In this document: positions 20,133 through 32,074 of the stretch, in pieces | How the letters are laid out: each line of letters opens with the position of its first letter | Numbering within the stretch: position 1 is the first letter of the stretch | Source of the DNA: Rikenellaceae bacterium | GTDB taxonomy: Bacteria > Bacteroidota > Bacteroidia > Bacteroidales > Rikenellaceae | Direction: 5' to 3' | NCBI GenBank assembly: GCA_047174765.1 | Contig: JBCQTT010000005.1 | Location: 7,228 to 71,227 of the forward strand | DNA: 64,000 nt | Position numbers and translations under genes: made by a program | Notes under the pieces: model-generated | The model's input: only the letters and a program-made list of their open reading frames with translations | Told to the model about the DNA's origin: nothing | The model's database searches: none

Positions 20133-21707
20133 CTAAAATGGTACATCTTCGCCACCTCCCATAAGGGCAATATCGAACTCATTCGCCACAACTCCTCCAC
20201 CTCGTGACAGAGCTGCTGGAGCGGGATTGCTACGGCTCTCTATAGCCTCACCCCACTCGCTACCACTGTTGTTATTTGCGCCTCCATCTGCGAGGGCTCG
20301 CATATCGAACTCGTCGATATCGGTAAACTTCGCCTGATCCTTTATGAATCGAAGCGGTATGTCACACACCTCTCCATTACGATGCTTCGCCAAGATGATC
20401 TCCGCCATACCTGCCGTTGGCAATCCATCCTCGGTGGTATCCATTCCATAATACTCGGGGCGATGGATAAACGCCACAATATCAGCATCCTGCTCAATCG
20501 CTCCCGACTCTCGAAGATCCGACAACATTGGTCGTTTCGAACCACCTCGCGCCTCAGTTGCACGACTCAACTGCGACAGGGCGATAATCGGAACATTGAG
20601 ATCCTTCGCCACCGCCTTCAGTGTTCGTGAGATGAATGCTACCTCCTGCTCACGGTTACCGCGCGTGTCGGTCGATCCGGTCATCAACTGGAGGTAGTCG
20701 ATTATAATAATTTTTATGTCGTGTTGTATCTTCAGTCGGCGCGCCTTGCTCCTAAACTCAAAGATCGAAAGAGCTGGTGTGTCGTCGATATAGAGTGGCG
20801 CTGCACCCAGCGGTTTAGTCGCTGACTCAAGGTGTTTCCACTGCTCGGAGGTGAGTTTTCCCATCTTAATGTCGTTACTTTTGAGCCCCGTCTCCGCAAC
20901 GATGAGTCGCATCATCAACTGAACTGCCGACATCTCCAACGAAAAGAATGCTACACCCTGCTCATACTCAACAGCCATATTACGCGCCATCGTCAACACA
21001 AATGCCGTCTTTCCCATCGAGGGGCGTGCCGCAACGATAATCAAATCCGACAACTGCCACCCCAAAGTCTTTCGGTCGATAGCCGTAAAACCCGATGGCA
21101 CTCCATTAAAGGCGCTATCATTCTTCGCCGCCTCCTCGATCTGCGAGAGCGCCACCGCCAAGATATCGCGTGACGACTGAACCGAACGTTTTATGTGTCC
21201 CTCGGCGACCTTGAAGATCGCCCCCTCGGCATAACCTATCAGATCCGTCACATCAACACTCTCATCATAGGATTGACGCTGGATCTTCGACGCCGCCGAA
21301 ATCAGCTCTCGCTGCACATATTTTTGGGCTATGATCTTGGCGTGAAACTCCACATTCGCAGCCGAATCGACCTTCTGTGTAAGTTGTGCTAGGTATGCCG
21401 CACCACCCGCTGCCGCAAGCTCCTTCTCCACCTTGAGGCGCTCCGTCACGGTGAACAGATCGACCGGCTGAAGATCCCTCGACAGCGACTCTATAGCTTT
21501 GTAGATCAGACGATGTTGCTCCGTATAGAACGAATCGGGCGAGATATACTCCTGCACCGCGATAACGCTATCCCGCTCCAACATCAACGCACCCAAAACA
21601 GCCTCCTCAAGCTCCGTGGCTTGTGGCGGGACTACACCTTCGGGGTGGTTGGTGATTTCGTTATATGAGTCGCGATTTTTCTGCGATGGGGAGAAACTCT
21701 TTGCCAT
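20133..21707 (-). CDS. dnaB: replicative DNA helicase
   Basis: AARPSMGKT, FSLEM, IDYLQLM, LSQLSR, SDLRESGAIEQDAD, AKHRNG. Confidence 0.97.
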   Translation of the reverse strand: MAKSFSPSQKNRDSYNEITNHPEGVVPPQATELEEAVLGALMLERDSVIAVQEYISPDSFYTEQHRLIYKAIESLSRDLQPVDLFTVTERLKVEKELAAAGGAAYLAQLTQKVDSAANVEFHAKIIAQKYVQRELISAASKIQRQSYDESVDVTDLIGYAEGAIFKVAEGHIKRSVQSSRDILAVALSQIEEAAKNDSAFNGVPSGFTAIDRKTLGWQLSDLIIVAARPSMGKTAFVLTMARNMAVEYEQGVAFFSLEMSAVQLMMRLIVAETGLKSNDIKMGKLTSEQWKHLESATKPLGAAPLYIDDTPALSIFEFRSKARRLKIQHDIKIIIIDYLQLMTGSTDTRGNREQEVAFISRTLKAVAKDLNVPIIALSQLSRATEARGGSKRPMLSDLRESGAIEQDADIVAFIHRPEYYGMDTTEDGLPTAGMAEIILAKHRNGEVCDIPLRFIKDQAKFTDIDEFDMRALADGGANNNSGSEWGEAIESRSNPAPAALSRGGGVVANEFDIALMGGGEDVPF

Positions 21708-21799
21708 TAAATTTTCGGAATAGTTAGTTACGAGCCAAAATTACAAAAATTTATTTGATTTCGCCCGTTTTATTCGCCAATTACACCAAATAAATTCCT

Positions 21800-22561
21800 T
21801 TAACGACTCTCCACGCCCAACTCTCCGTAGGCTACAGCGACTGTCGCGATCCAGATACGGCAATCGGGGACGACATTATGGATCTCGTCGGCACACGACA
21901 GAATAGTTGCTCCGGTGGTAAAAACATCGTCAACCAACAAGATATTACGACCTCGAAGTCGCTCCACATTGTTGACCCTAAAGAGATCCTCGACATTATC
22001 CCACCTCGCGTTACGATCGATCTTAACCTGCGGACGATTCAGACGCCTACGACGCACCACTCCGTGAAGTGACTCCACACCCATTGATTTGGCACACCCT
22101 CGCGCAATTAGATCCGACTGATTATAACCTCTCGCCATATGGCGCAGGGGATGGAGGGGGATAGCTATCACAACATCGACTTGTGAGTAGAGCTCCGACC
22201 CTCGTAACACATAACCCAACCACTCCCCCAAACGCTCCGCGTGGTTGGCGTAACCGCTATACTTCATCTCGTGGATAAGTGCAACCCAACAGCTACCTTT
22301 GATGTAGTAGATCAGCGATGACGCCTCCTCGATGTAGGGTGACAACGACTTTACCCTCTCAGCCATTTTATTCTCAAGCTCTGTCTCGAAACCCGTCGTC
22401 GGAGAGTCCAACAAACAGCGCGGACAGATATATTTGTACCCTCGGGCAATAGGGGTTTTACAGATGGGGCAGAGGCGCGGCATAACGAGCGACAGTGCAG
22501 ACACAAAGATGTCGTACCACACGACTCTTGCGAACCACTGCAAACTACTGTGGATCGACAT
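21800..22561 (-). CDS. comF: ComF family phosphoribosyltransferase-domain protein
   Basis: N-terminal CPIC...CPRC, IPLH, RGYNQS, LVDDVFTTGAT. Confidence 0.88.
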   Translation of the reverse strand: MSIHSSLQWFARVVWYDIFVSALSLVMPRLCPICKTPIARGYKYICPRCLLDSPTTGFETELENKMAERVKSLSPYIEEASSLIYYIKGSCWVALIHEMKYSGYANHAERLGEWLGYVLRGSELYSQVDVVIAIPLHPLRHMARGYNQSDLIARGCAKSMGVESLHGVVRRRRLNRPQVKIDRNARWDNVEDLFRVNNVERLRGRNILLVDDVFTTGATILSCADEIHNVVPDCRIWIATVAVAYGELGVESR

Positions 22562-24785
22562 TGTAGCTCAACATTACGGGGTTAAACTCCTTGTTACATC
22601 GCCACTTAGCGACAACTTCGCGCAGAACCTCACGTGCCCTCTTCGATGATGCTCCGCTCTCGATCTTAACCATAAAACTTATCAACCATTCACCCCTAAG
22701 TCGCTCTACAGGAGGGGGCACTGGACCCCTCACACGACGCATTCCAAACCTCTCTCGAAGCAGCGTCGAGAGCTCATTCGCACTCCGGTGCAGTAACGTC
22801 ACATCGCGATGGCGAAGGGTTATCATCGTGATTCTCGAATAGGGGGGATAGAGGTATGCTTCACGCTCTTCGAGCAGGGTTCGCGCCATCGACTCATAAT
22901 CATTGTCGACCACAAATTGCAGAACTCGATGAGTCGGTTGTGAACTCTGGATCACCACCTCCGAACTACTCCCCGAACGTCGCCCGGCACGCCCCGAAAC
23001 CTGTGTCATTAGCGAGAACGCTCGCTCCTCGGCACGAAAGTCGGGGTTGAGTAACATATTGTCGGCATTGAGGATTCCCACGAGCGTAACTTTCGAGAAA
23101 TCAAACCCTTTAGCTATCATCTGAGTACCCACCATCACATCACTCTCGTGGCGCGCAAAGCTACCGACAATCCGCTCCAACGCAGCAGGTGAGTTGGCGG
23201 TGTCGCGATCCATCCTCACAACCCTCGCTGTGGGAAGAATCTGAGCTACCTGCTCCTCGATCTTCTCCGTTCCAAAACCCATTGGGCGCACCTCTCCAAC
23301 CGTGCAGCTAGGGCAGCGCGTCGGAATAGGGGTTGTATAATCACAGTAGTGACAGCGGAGCGACCCACCCGATTTGTGCATCGTCATCGACACATTACAG
23401 TGGGGACAGCGCGCAACCCATCCACACTCAGCACACTCGACATATGGAGCAAAACCACGCCTATTTTGGAACAACATAGTCTGCTCACCACGCTCTAGGC
23501 GCTCCTCGACCTTCGTTATTAACTCTCTGTTGAAGTGCCCGTTACGCTCGCGTCGCTTGGAGGCTCTTCGAGTATCGGAAATCACTACACTCGGAAGTTC
23601 CGCGTCGCCATAACGCTCCGTAAGTGTCGCCATCGCAAACTTCCCCGTCACCGCATTCGTCCAACTCTCCAACGATGGTGTGGCACTCCCCAGCAGCGTC
23701 TTTGCTCCAAACATTGATGCCAATATATGTGCACTATCGCGAGCATTGTAGCGCGGCGCAGGATCAAATTGCTTGAAGCTCGAATCGTGCTCCTCGTCAA
23801 TTACAACGAGCCCCAACTTATTGAGCGGCAGGAAGATTGCAGAGCGCGCCCCAACAACAAAGTTACCACCCTCCGAACTCTGCGACAGACGCATAAACAG
23901 CTCCGTACGACGTCGTGGCGGAATCTTCGAGTGGTAGGGGGTGACCCTCGACCCAAAGATAACCTCCATTCGCTCAATCAACTGTGTCGTAAGGGCTATC
24001 TCGGGAACTAACATCAACACATCGCGCCCAGCCATCAACTGCTCCGCTATCAAATGGATATAGACCTCTGTCTTTCCCGACCCCGTTACACCGTGCAAAA
24101 GGGCACAAATTTTCTCTTTATGCCCCTCCGTTATCGCTCGCTTCGCCTCCTCTTGATGAGGAGTTAAGGGGGGCAGGTTAAACGATATTGAACCAACAGA
24201 TTCTATGCTGCGATCCCTCAAATTCAACTCTATGAGATCCTTCGCCACAAGGGATCTAAGTTGCGACATATCACACCCTAGTAGGCGTCGTGGAATCTCC
24301 CCATCACGAGTTCGCAACGTGGGATCTATCGTCGTAATCTCTCGATATGTTATAGTCTGTTTTGCACCTAACTTAGGGGTTGTATCGACCTCTTTTAGCG
24401 CCACATAATACTCCTGCGACGGGGTATACTCAACCAACTCAAACGCCTCCTCATCCTCCGCCGTAGGCTTTATCAACGAGGGCAGTGCAACTCGCATTAC
24501 CTCCCCTATAGTACAGAGATAGTAGTCCGCCAACCACTCCCAAAACCTACAGTGCTCCGAGGAGAGCAACACCCTATTATACAACCTCTTAGATATCACC
24601 CTCACGCGCTCATATGCAGGCGTATCGTCGTGGAGTCGCCACACTATACCCGTATAGAGTTTCGTCGACTTATCCCCCATCTTCACCGCCACACACTCCC
24701 CCACACACAACGCCTCAAGATCTCCAACTTCGTAGGTTAGGGGATCTATCGGCATAGGTAGAAGTATATCGGCATATTTCGCCAT
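22545..24785 (-). CDS. priA: primosomal protein N'
   Basis: GVTGSGKTEVY, PEIALT, DEEHD, SATPS, NRRG, four CxxC zinc motifs, GTQMIAKG. Confidence 0.96.
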   Translation of the reverse strand: MAKYADILLPMPIDPLTYEVGDLEALCVGECVAVKMGDKSTKLYTGIVWRLHDDTPAYERVRVISKRLYNRVLLSSEHCRFWEWLADYYLCTIGEVMRVALPSLIKPTAEDEEAFELVEYTPSQEYYVALKEVDTTPKLGAKQTITYREITTIDPTLRTRDGEIPRRLLGCDMSQLRSLVAKDLIELNLRDRSIESVGSISFNLPPLTPHQEEAKRAITEGHKEKICALLHGVTGSGKTEVYIHLIAEQLMAGRDVLMLVPEIALTTQLIERMEVIFGSRVTPYHSKIPPRRRTELFMRLSQSSEGGNFVVGARSAIFLPLNKLGLVVIDEEHDSSFKQFDPAPRYNARDSAHILASMFGAKTLLGSATPSLESWTNAVTGKFAMATLTERYGDAELPSVVISDTRRASKRRERNGHFNRELITKVEERLERGEQTMLFQNRRGFAPYVECAECGWVARCPHCNVSMTMHKSGGSLRCHYCDYTTPIPTRCPSCTVGEVRPMGFGTEKIEEQVAQILPTARVVRMDRDTANSPAALERIVGSFARHESDVMVGTQMIAKGFDFSKVTLVGILNADNMLLNPDFRAEERAFSLMTQVSGRAGRRSGSSSEVVIQSSQPTHRVLQFVVDNDYESMARTLLEEREAYLYPPYSRITMITLRHRDVTLLHRSANELSTLLRERFGMRRVRGPVPPPVERLRGEWLISFMVKIESGASSKRAREVLREVVAKWRCNKEFNPVMLSYNVDPQ

Positions 24786-24799
24786 TTCGAAGGGTCGTT

Positions 24800-25798
24800 T
24801 TACTGTGGTACATATAGGCGTCCTTGGTAGGTACCTCGACGCGCGAGCTCTCGCTCAAAGAGATTCAGAAGTGTTTCGTTGCGTATCAGCCCCCAATTCT
24901 CGCCGTGATGATATCGAGGAGGTGCCTCCGACGCAAAACGCTCCATAACAATGTCGGGGCGGAGGCGCTCCAAGATCTCGATAAAGAGCGATATATACTC
25001 CTCCATCTGCCAAAATCGGAACTTCTCGGGCGAGAGATCATAATCGAGAGCCATCGCCGTATCCTTGAAGATCTGGAGTTGATGGAACTTAACCGTCGTC
25101 AACGGCAGACTATTTATCAACGCAACCTGATCTATCAACATCTGATCACTCTCGCCGGGCAACCCCAAAATAAAGTGTGCCCCCGTATTGATACCTCGCT
25201 TCGCACTCTCCACAATCGCCTCGCGCGCAACCTCGAAGCTATGACCTCGATTGATACGCTCCAACGTCGCGTCGTAACACGACTCCACACCATACTCTAT
25301 TGCGACATATTTCCGCTGCGCCAACTCGGCGAAGTAGTCGAGTTTCTCACCATCAACACAGTCGGGGCGCGTACCAATTATAACCCCAGCAACTTGAGGG
25401 TGCGAGAGCGCCTCGTCATAGAGTCTCCGCAGCTCCTCGAGTGGGGCATAAGTATTTGAAAATGATTGAAAATATGCTAAATATTGCTCCGCCGTGCGAT
25501 ATCTATTTCGATGAAACGAAATTCCCTCCTCAATCTGTTGGGTGACACTCAACAGGGGGGTACAATAAGAGGGTGTAAATGCACTATTATTACAGAACGT
25601 ACATCCACCGGTCGATATCTTCCCATCTCTATTGGGGCAGGTGAAACCAGCATTGATCGCAACCTTCTGCATCCTCCCCCCAAAGATACGTCGAAAATAT
25701 CTCGCATAGGAGTTAAATCGTCGACCCCCAAAGAGCTCCAATGCCACATCTTCATCAATTGGTCGAGGAGCTATGTTGTTAGTTTGGGGTGTGTTCAT
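24800..25798 (-). CDS. TIGR01212 (YhcC-like) radical SAM protein
   Basis: GFTCPNRDG...GGCTFC, YFQSFSNTY, GTRPDC; ATG at 25798 preferred to the ORF-track start 25834. Confidence 0.9.
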   Translation of the reverse strand: MNTPQTNNIAPRPIDEDVALELFGGRRFNSYARYFRRIFGGRMQKVAINAGFTCPNRDGKISTGGCTFCNNSAFTPSYCTPLLSVTQQIEEGISFHRNRYRTAEQYLAYFQSFSNTYAPLEELRRLYDEALSHPQVAGVIIGTRPDCVDGEKLDYFAELAQRKYVAIEYGVESCYDATLERINRGHSFEVAREAIVESAKRGINTGAHFILGLPGESDQMLIDQVALINSLPLTTVKFHQLQIFKDTAMALDYDLSPEKFRFWQMEEYISLFIEILERLRPDIVMERFASEAPPRYHHGENWGLIRNETLLNLFERELARRGTYQGRLYVPQ

Positions 25799-25923
25799 AT
25801 CTTGTCTATATCTAACTATTAAGGGTAGAGGCACTTCAATAAATTTCTCTTATCTTTGCAAAGATAGGTTAAAACGAGGTGACCTCCAAATCGCCACCTC
25901 ACAAAATTACTCATTCAAAGGTT

Positions 25924-26256
25924 ATGTCAGAAAAAGAGCTACAACAACGCCACGACGTAGAGGTCGATCTCTCAGAGGAGATCGCTCAAGGGAAATATGC
26001 AAATTTAGCAATCATATCTCACTCCACAACAGAGTTTATTCTCGACTTTGCGTCGATGCTTCCCGGTATGAAGAAACCAAAGGTGAACAACCGCGTAATC
26101 CTCACCCCGGAGCACGCAAAACGACTCTTCCACTCCCTAAAAGATAACATTGCACGATACGAAGCAACACACGGTGAGATCTCGGGAGGAGTGTCAACAA
26201 AGAGCCAAGATCCATTCTCGATACTCAACCACACCCCAAAGGTAGGCGAGGCGTAA
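25924..26256 (+). CDS. DUF3467 domain protein
   Basis: G.YANLAIISHS..EFILDF...PG, RVILTPEHAKRL...L.DNI..YE...G.I; TATCTTTG promoter at 25851. Confidence 0.88.
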   Translation: MSEKELQQRHDVEVDLSEEIAQGKYANLAIISHSTTEFILDFASMLPGMKKPKVNNRVILTPEHAKRLFHSLKDNIARYEATHGEISGGVSTKSQDPFSILNHTPKVGEA

Positions 26257-26281
26257 ATAGCAACGTGTGTTCGGAAACTAC

Positions 26282-26504
26282 TAGTGATTAATGTTTAATG
26301 ATTAGTGATTAGTGGTGAGGCGTTTTTCGATTGGGATGACTTTTACGTTCGATTGTTAATAGTAGGCTTCGCCTACGTAGCTATATATTGGGAAATGAGA
26401 GATAAAGCAGAGCTTTAATCGCAGCGAAAACAAAGCTCCGCGGAGAGCCCTCCGCCGCCGCCCGCGCAGGGCAGTGGTAGAGACTAAAAACGCCTAATCA
26501 CTAA
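26282..26504 (-). repeat. repeat family 2, copy B (internal ~48-bp deletion)
   Basis: Reverse complement of copy A lacking the segment between two AATCG direct repeats. Confidence 0.88.
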
Positions 26505-26750
26505 TTAGTGGTGAGGCGTCAACTCTTTTCGATTTAGATGACGCTTACGTTCGATTGTTAATAGTAGGCTTCGCCTACGTAGCTATATATTGATAAGTGA
26601 GAGATAAAGCAGAGCTTTAATCGAACATTTCTCAATATATAGCAGATTGAGAATCAATCTATTAACAATCGCAACAAAAACAAAGCTCCGCGGAGAGCAC
26701 TCCGCCGCCGCCCGCGCAGGGCAGTGGTAGAGATTATAACGCAACAGTAG
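26505..26750 (-). repeat. repeat family 2, copy C (tandem with B)
   Basis: Full-length reverse-complement match to copy A. Confidence 0.9.
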
Positions 26751-26761
26751 TAATAAGCAAT

Positions 26762-26808
26762 AAAAAAAATGGGGGCTCTCAGTCTGATAAATCAGAGAGA
26801 GAGCCCCT
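26762..26808 (-). terminator. rpoC terminator
   Basis: GGGGCTCTC...GAGAGCCCC stem followed by a T tract on the minus strand. Confidence 0.75.
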
Positions 26809-26853
26809 ATTTTCGTATCTATATCTGACCTTTCGATCAGTGCTTCCAACTTA

Positions 26854-29800
26854 TTAGGCTAGCGCCTCAAAATCAGCTTTCGCACCTACAACCAAGTTGT
26901 CATAATCTCTAAGTCCTGTTCCTCCCGGGATCAAGTGTCCACAGATTACATTCTCCTTCAAGTTCACCAATGGGTCGATCTTACCCTGAATTGCAGCCTC
27001 ATTCAACACCTTGGTGGTCTCTTGGAACGACGCTGCCGAGATGAAGCTCGACGTCTGCAACGCAGCTCTAGTGATACCTTGAAGTACCTGACTCGACGTT
27101 GCTGGCGAGATCTCGCGAGTCTCCACCAATCGCAAGTCACGACGCTTCAATGATGAGTTCTCATCCGCCAACTTACGCATCGAGACGATCTGTCCCGCCT
27201 GCAATGTTGATGAGTCACCTGCATCCGTCACCACAACCTTGTCATACAACTCGTCGTTGGCATCCATAAATGCCCACTTGTCGATGATCTGATCCTCGAA
27301 GAAAGGTGAATCTCCTGCATCGTCGATACGAACCTTGTTCATCATCTGACGAACAATTACCTCGAAGTGCTTATCGTTGATCTTCACACCCTGCATACGG
27401 TAGACCTCTTGAACCTCATTCACGATATGCTCTTGAACAAGCGTTGGTCCCAAGATACGCAAGATATCTGCTGGTGTGATAGCTCCATCCGAGAGTGGGT
27501 TACCTGCCTTAACGTAGTCGTTCTCTTGAACAATGATCTGACGCGAAAGTGGAACCAAATATCTCTTAACATCACCATCCTTACTTGTGATGATAATCTC
27601 ACGATTACCACGCTTGATCTTTCCGAACGATACCTCACCGTCGATCTCTGACACAATAGCTGGATTCGATGGGTTACGAGCCTCGAAGAGCTCCGTAACG
27701 CGAGGAAGACCTCCCGTGATATCACCTCCCGACTTACCTACAGCACGTGGGATCTTAACGATGATATCTCCAGCCTTGATCTTCGCCTTATCCTTAACGA
27801 CAACGTGTGCCGTTACTGGCAAGTTGATAGCCTTGATCTCCAATCCGTCACGATCCTGTACCTTGATAACTGGGTTCTTCGTCTTATCCTTACTCTCGAT
27901 GATTACACGCTCCGACAGACCTGTCTGCTCGTCACGCTCCTCACGATATGTGATACCCTCGATTACACTGTCATATGCAATGACTCCATCGTGCTCCGAT
28001 ATGATTACGGCGTTATATGGATCCCACTCCAAGATCAAATCGCCAACCTTTACCATATCGCCATCCTTCATATAGACATTCGATCCATATGGCATAGCGT
28101 GAGTAAAGAGAACGATCTCTGTCTTAGGATCTACGATGCGGAACTCCGACTGACGCGACACAACCAAATCAACAATCTCACCCTGTGGGTTCTTCGTTGC
28201 GATCGTACGCAACTCGTCGATCTCCAAAAGTCCCTCATACTTCGAGATTACATTTGTCTCAACAGTTGATCCTCCCGCAACTCCTCCGACGTGGAACGTA
28301 CGAAGTGTAAGCTGTGTTCCCGGCTCACCGATCGACTGTGCCGCGATAACTCCAACAACCTCTCCGCGCTGAACCATACGTCCCGTAGCGAGGTTGCGTC
28401 CATAACACTTTGCACAAACTCCGTTGCGTGACTCACAAGTCAACACCGAACGGATCTCTACAGACTCCAGTGGAGACTTCTCGATAGCATCTGCGATCTC
28501 CTCGGTGATCTCAGCGCCTGCCTCACAGAGAACCTCTCCCGTAAGTGGGTGGATGATCTCGTGTAGCGCAGCACGTCCCAAGATACGATCAAAGAGTGTC
28601 TGAACAACATCTTCGTTACGCTTGATAGCTTTCGCTGTCAAACCTCGCAACGTACCACAATCTGCATCCTTGATGATTACATCCTGCGCAACGTCAACCA
28701 AACGACGTGTCAAATATCCTGCATCCGCAGTCTTCAACGCCGTATCGGCAAGTCCCTTACGCGCACCGTGCGTAGAGATAAAGTACTCAAGTACCGACAG
28801 ACCCTCCTTAAAGTTCGAAAGGATAGGGTTCTCGATAACCTGCTGACCTCCCTCGACACCCGACTTCTGAGGCTTCGCCATCAAACCACGCATTCCCGAG
28901 AGCTGACGAATCTGCTCCTTCGATCCACGGGCTCCTGAGTCGAGCATCATATATACTGGGTTGAAACCATCCTGATCGGCGATCAGTGTATCAATAACCG
29001 TCTTTGTAAGCTTCGAGTTGATGTTAGTCCAAACGTCGATGATCTGATTATAACGCTCATTATTGGTGATAAGACCCATATTGTAGTCATCCATAATCGC
29101 ATCTGCACGCTCGTAACCCTCGTTTACCAACGCCTCCTTCTCATCTGGGATGATAACGGCGTCGAGGTTAAACGATAGTCCTCCACGGAATGCCATCATA
29201 TATCCCATCGACTTCACATCGTCGAGGAATGCCGCAACCTTAGCTGCTCCGGCACGCTTCATTACCAACGAGATAATGTCACGCATAGAGCGCTTCGTCA
29301 ACACCTCATTGATGTAACCAACCTCGGGTGGTACAACTTGATTGAACAAAATTCGTCCTATCGTTGTCTCAACCAACGTCTCCTCCAACTCACCAGCATC
29401 GTTGAGATCCTGAACCTTACACTTCACTGTTGCGTGGAGTGCAGCACGTTTCTCGTTGTAGGCGATGATAGCCTCCTCAGCTCCGTAGAAGATGAGACCC
29501 TCACCCTTAGCTCCCTTACGAGGCTTCGTGATGTAGTAGAGTCCCAAGACCATATCCTGTGATGGTACGGTGATAGGTGCTCCATTCGCAGGGTTGAGGA
29601 CGTTGTGTGAACCCAACATCAACACTTGAGCCTCCAAAATCGCTGCATTACCAAGTGGCAAGTGAACCGCCATCTGGTCACCGTCGAAGTCGGCATTGAA
29701 CGCCGTACAAGCCAACGGGTGCAACTGCATAGCCTTACCCTCGATCAACTTAGGTTGGAACGCTTGAATACCCAAACGGTGAAGTGTTGGAGCACGGTTC

Positions 29801-31104
29801 ATAAGAACTGGGTGTCCCTTAATTACATTCTCCAATATACCCCAAATAACAGGGTCTTTGCGGTCGATGATCTTCTTCGCCGACTTAACTGTCTTTACAA
29901 TTCCGCGCTCGATGAGTTTACGGATGACGAATGGCTTATAGAGCTCTGCCGCCATATCCTTCGGGATACCCATCTCGTGCATCTTCAACTCAGGACCAAC
30001 GACGATCACCGAACGTGCCGAGTAGTCAACACGCTTACCCAACAAGTTCTGACGGAAACGTCCCTGCTTACCCTTCAACGAGTCAGAGAGCGACTTCAAT
30101 GGACGATTCGACTCATTCTTAACCGAGTTACTCTTACGTGAGTTGTCGAACAACGAGTCCACAGCCTCCTGCAACATACGCTTCTCATTACGAAGGATAA
30201 CCTCCGGAGCCTTGATCTCGATCAAACGCTTCAAGCGGTTGTTACGGATGATAACACGACGGTAGAGGTCATTGAGGTCCGACGTCGCAAAACGACCTCC
30301 ATCCAACGGCACCAAGGGGCGCAACTCTGGTGGAATGACCGGAACAACATTCAAAACCATCCACTCTGGCTTGTTCTTCTCTCTCGACGTACGGAACGAC
30401 TCGATTACATTCAATCTCTTGAGAGCCTCGCTCTTTCGCTGCTGTGAAGTCTCCCTCATCGCGCGGTCGCGAAGTGCAAACGACGTAGAGTCAAGGTCAA
30501 CACGACGCAACAAGAAATCAACAGCCTCAGCTCCCATCATTGCGAAGAACTTATTGGGATCGTCGTTCGTGAGCTGCTGGTTACCCGCAGGCAACTGCGC
30601 CACAACGTCGAGATACTCCTTCTCCGAGAGTGTTGAGTTGTCGTCAACTCCAAACTCCGAAGCCGCTCCAGCATTGATTACAACATAGCGCTCATAGTAG
30701 ATGATTGACTCCAGCTTCTTCGTTGGGATACCCAACAAATATCCGATCTTCGATGGCAACGAACGGAAGTACCAAATATGTACAACCGGCACAACCAACG
30801 AGATGTGTCCCATTCTCTCACGACGAACCTTCTTCTCCGTCACCTCGACTCCACACCTATCGCACACGATGCCTTTGTAGCGAATGCGCTTGTACTTTCC
30901 ACAGTGGCACTCGTAATCCTTTACAGGTCCGAAGATGCGCTCACAGAAGAGTCCATCGCGTTCGGGCTTGTAGGTGCGGTAGTTGATGGTCTCAGGTTTT
31001 AGAACCTCGCCACTCGATTGTGCTAGGATCTCCTCCGGTGAGGCCAACCCTATCGAAATCTGCTTGTAACCGCCTGTTTGTTTGTTATCTCTATTGAATG
31101 ACAT
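26854..31104 (-). CDS. rpoC: DNA-directed RNA polymerase beta' subunit
   Basis: [12 protein letters not shown] catalytic motif, [21 protein letters not shown]. Confidence 0.99.
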   Translation of the reverse strand: MSFNRDNKQTGGYKQISIGLASPEEILAQSSGEVLKPETINYRTYKPERDGLFCERIFGPVKDYECHCGKYKRIRYKGIVCDRCGVEVTEKKVRRERMGHISLVVPVVHIWYFRSLPSKIGYLLGIPTKKLESIIYYERYVVINAGAASEFGVDDNSTLSEKEYLDVVAQLPAGNQQLTNDDPNKFFAMMGAEAVDFLLRRVDLDSTSFALRDRAMRETSQQRKSEALKRLNVIESFRTSREKNKPEWMVLNVVPVIPPELRPLVPLDGGRFATSDLNDLYRRVIIRNNRLKRLIEIKAPEVILRNEKRMLQEAVDSLFDNSRKSNSVKNESNRPLKSLSDSLKGKQGRFRQNLLGKRVDYSARSVIVVGPELKMHEMGIPKDMAAELYKPFVIRKLIERGIVKTVKSAKKIIDRKDPVIWGILENVIKGHPVLMNRAPTLHRLGIQAFQPKLIEGKAMQLHPLACTAFNADFDGDQMAVHLPLGNAAILEAQVLMLGSHNVLNPANGAPITVPSQDMVLGLYYITKPRKGAKGEGLIFYGAEEAIIAYNEKRAALHATVKCKVQDLNDAGELEETLVETTIGRILFNQVVPPEVGYINEVLTKRSMRDIISLVMKRAGAAKVAAFLDDVKSMGYMMAFRGGLSFNLDAVIIPDEKEALVNEGYERADAIMDDYNMGLITNNERYNQIIDVWTNINSKLTKTVIDTLIADQDGFNPVYMMLDSGARGSKEQIRQLSGMRGLMAKPQKSGVEGGQQVIENPILSNFKEGLSVLEYFISTHGARKGLADTALKTADAGYLTRRLVDVAQDVIIKDADCGTLRGLTAKAIKRNEDVVQTLFDRILGRAALHEIIHPLTGEVLCEAGAEITEEIADAIEKSPLESVEIRSVLTCESRNGVCAKCYGRNLATGRMVQRGEVVGVIAAQSIGEPGTQLTLRTFHVGGVAGGSTVETNVISKYEGLLEIDELRTIATKNPQGEIVDLVVSRQSEFRIVDPKTEIVLFTHAMPYGSNVYMKDGDMVKVGDLILEWDPYNAVIISEHDGVIAYDSVIEGITYREERDEQTGLSERVIIESKDKTKNPVIKVQDRDGLEIKAINLPVTAHVVVKDKAKIKAGDIIVKIPRAVGKSGGDITGGLPRVTELFEARNPSNPAIVSEIDGEVSFGKIKRGNREIIITSKDGDVKRYLVPLSRQIIVQENDYVKAGNPLSDGAITPADILRILGPTLVQEHIVNEVQEVYRMQGVKINDKHFEVIVRQMMNKVRIDDAGDSPFFEDQIIDKWAFMDANDELYDKVVVTDAGDSSTLQAGQIVSMRKLADENSSLKRRDLRLVETREISPATSSQVLQGITRAALQTSSFISAASFQETTKVLNEAAIQGKIDPLVNLKENVICGHLIPGGTGLRDYDNLVVGAKADFEALA

Positions 31105-31174
31105 ATGAGAAACTATTTATATTTTCCATTTATAATTATTTAAGCATCAGAGAAAAAATGCAAGAAATACCATA

Positions 31175-31831
31175 CTAATCTTTTAATATCGCCCTCTTTA
31201 GACTCTTTATAACGGGTACAGCCAGCGCTTCACAACCCTCATCCGTATAGTGTACATCATCATCTCCTTTTCCATACTTCGGGTGAATTTTGAGTGAATA
31301 GTCATAAAGCGGATTGATCGTTACTTTATGTCGCTTCATTATCTGTTCAGCAACTTTATTGTACCTCTTGGCATCCTCCACAAATCGACCAGCTTCATTT
31401 ACTGGAACATATGTCGTTGTGGCGAATATCAACTTCGCTCCACTTGACTTAAGCTTCACAACTAACAACTCAAGATTCTTTGCATATTCATCTATTGGCA
31501 CTGCTATTGTTCCATTCTCCTTGTCTCTATTACCCTGTGTCTTTGACTCGGGGTGACGATAACACAAATCCCACAAACCCCAATTGAAATGAATTACATC
31601 CCAGTCGTTGAGTGCCAACCACTCGTCAATATATTTCAACCCATTAGGGGTATCTTTACCATTGCCGGGGTTGTGAACAATATTTGCAATATCGCAAAGC
31701 TCATTCGCCGCAATCTTTGTGTAACCTTGCGACACTGAGTCTCCGATCACCAATACATTCTTCTTTGCTGGTGTCGATGCTGTGAGCACCAATAACGCGA
31801 TTGCCGATAGTATAAATAATAGTCTTTTCAT
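31175..31831 (-). CDS. SGNH/GDSL hydrolase with signal peptide
   Basis: IGDS block I, FNWGLWD block III, DDVHY block V; hydrophobic N-terminus; AT-rich. Confidence 0.88.
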   Translation of the reverse strand: MKRLLFILSAIALLVLTASTPAKKNVLVIGDSVSQGYTKIAANELCDIANIVHNPGNGKDTPNGLKYIDEWLALNDWDVIHFNWGLWDLCYRHPESKTQGNRDKENGTIAVPIDEYAKNLELLVVKLKSSGAKLIFATTTYVPVNEAGRFVEDAKRYNKVAEQIMKRHKVTINPLYDYSLKIHPKYGKGDDDVHYTDEGCEALAVPVIKSLKRAILKD

Positions 31832-32023
31832 TTTATGATATAGTTGATATAGTGAACAAAATTTATAATCGCTTATATTATTTTAATAATTATCTATCTC
31901 TTACAAAAATATCATTTCGTATCTACTAAAAATACACGATACTCCGCGATCAAATCTAATAATACACATAGCTGCGATTCAAAACAGGCTCTAATATATC
32001 CTCTTTTTTATCTCAAAATATCA

Positions 32024-32063
32024 ACTTCTACCCCCCACACACAAAGGCGAGGGGGATAGAAGT
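32024..32063 (-). terminator. stem-loop immediately after rpoB
   Basis: ACTTCTACCCCC...GGGGGATAGAAGT inverted repeat, weak U tract. Confidence 0.5.
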
Positions 32064-32074
32064 GTGTAGTCCTA

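Noticed and set aside
20133-21707. Possible intein in DnaB
   Set aside because: Length of 524 aa and contiguous helicase motifs leave no room for one; the extra length is a disordered C-terminal tail.
26282-26750. Possible CRISPR array or integron attC cassettes
   Set aside because: Units are over 200 bp with no unique spacers, no proper RYYYAAC/GTTRRRY cores, no cassette ORFs, and no cas or integrase gene in the window.
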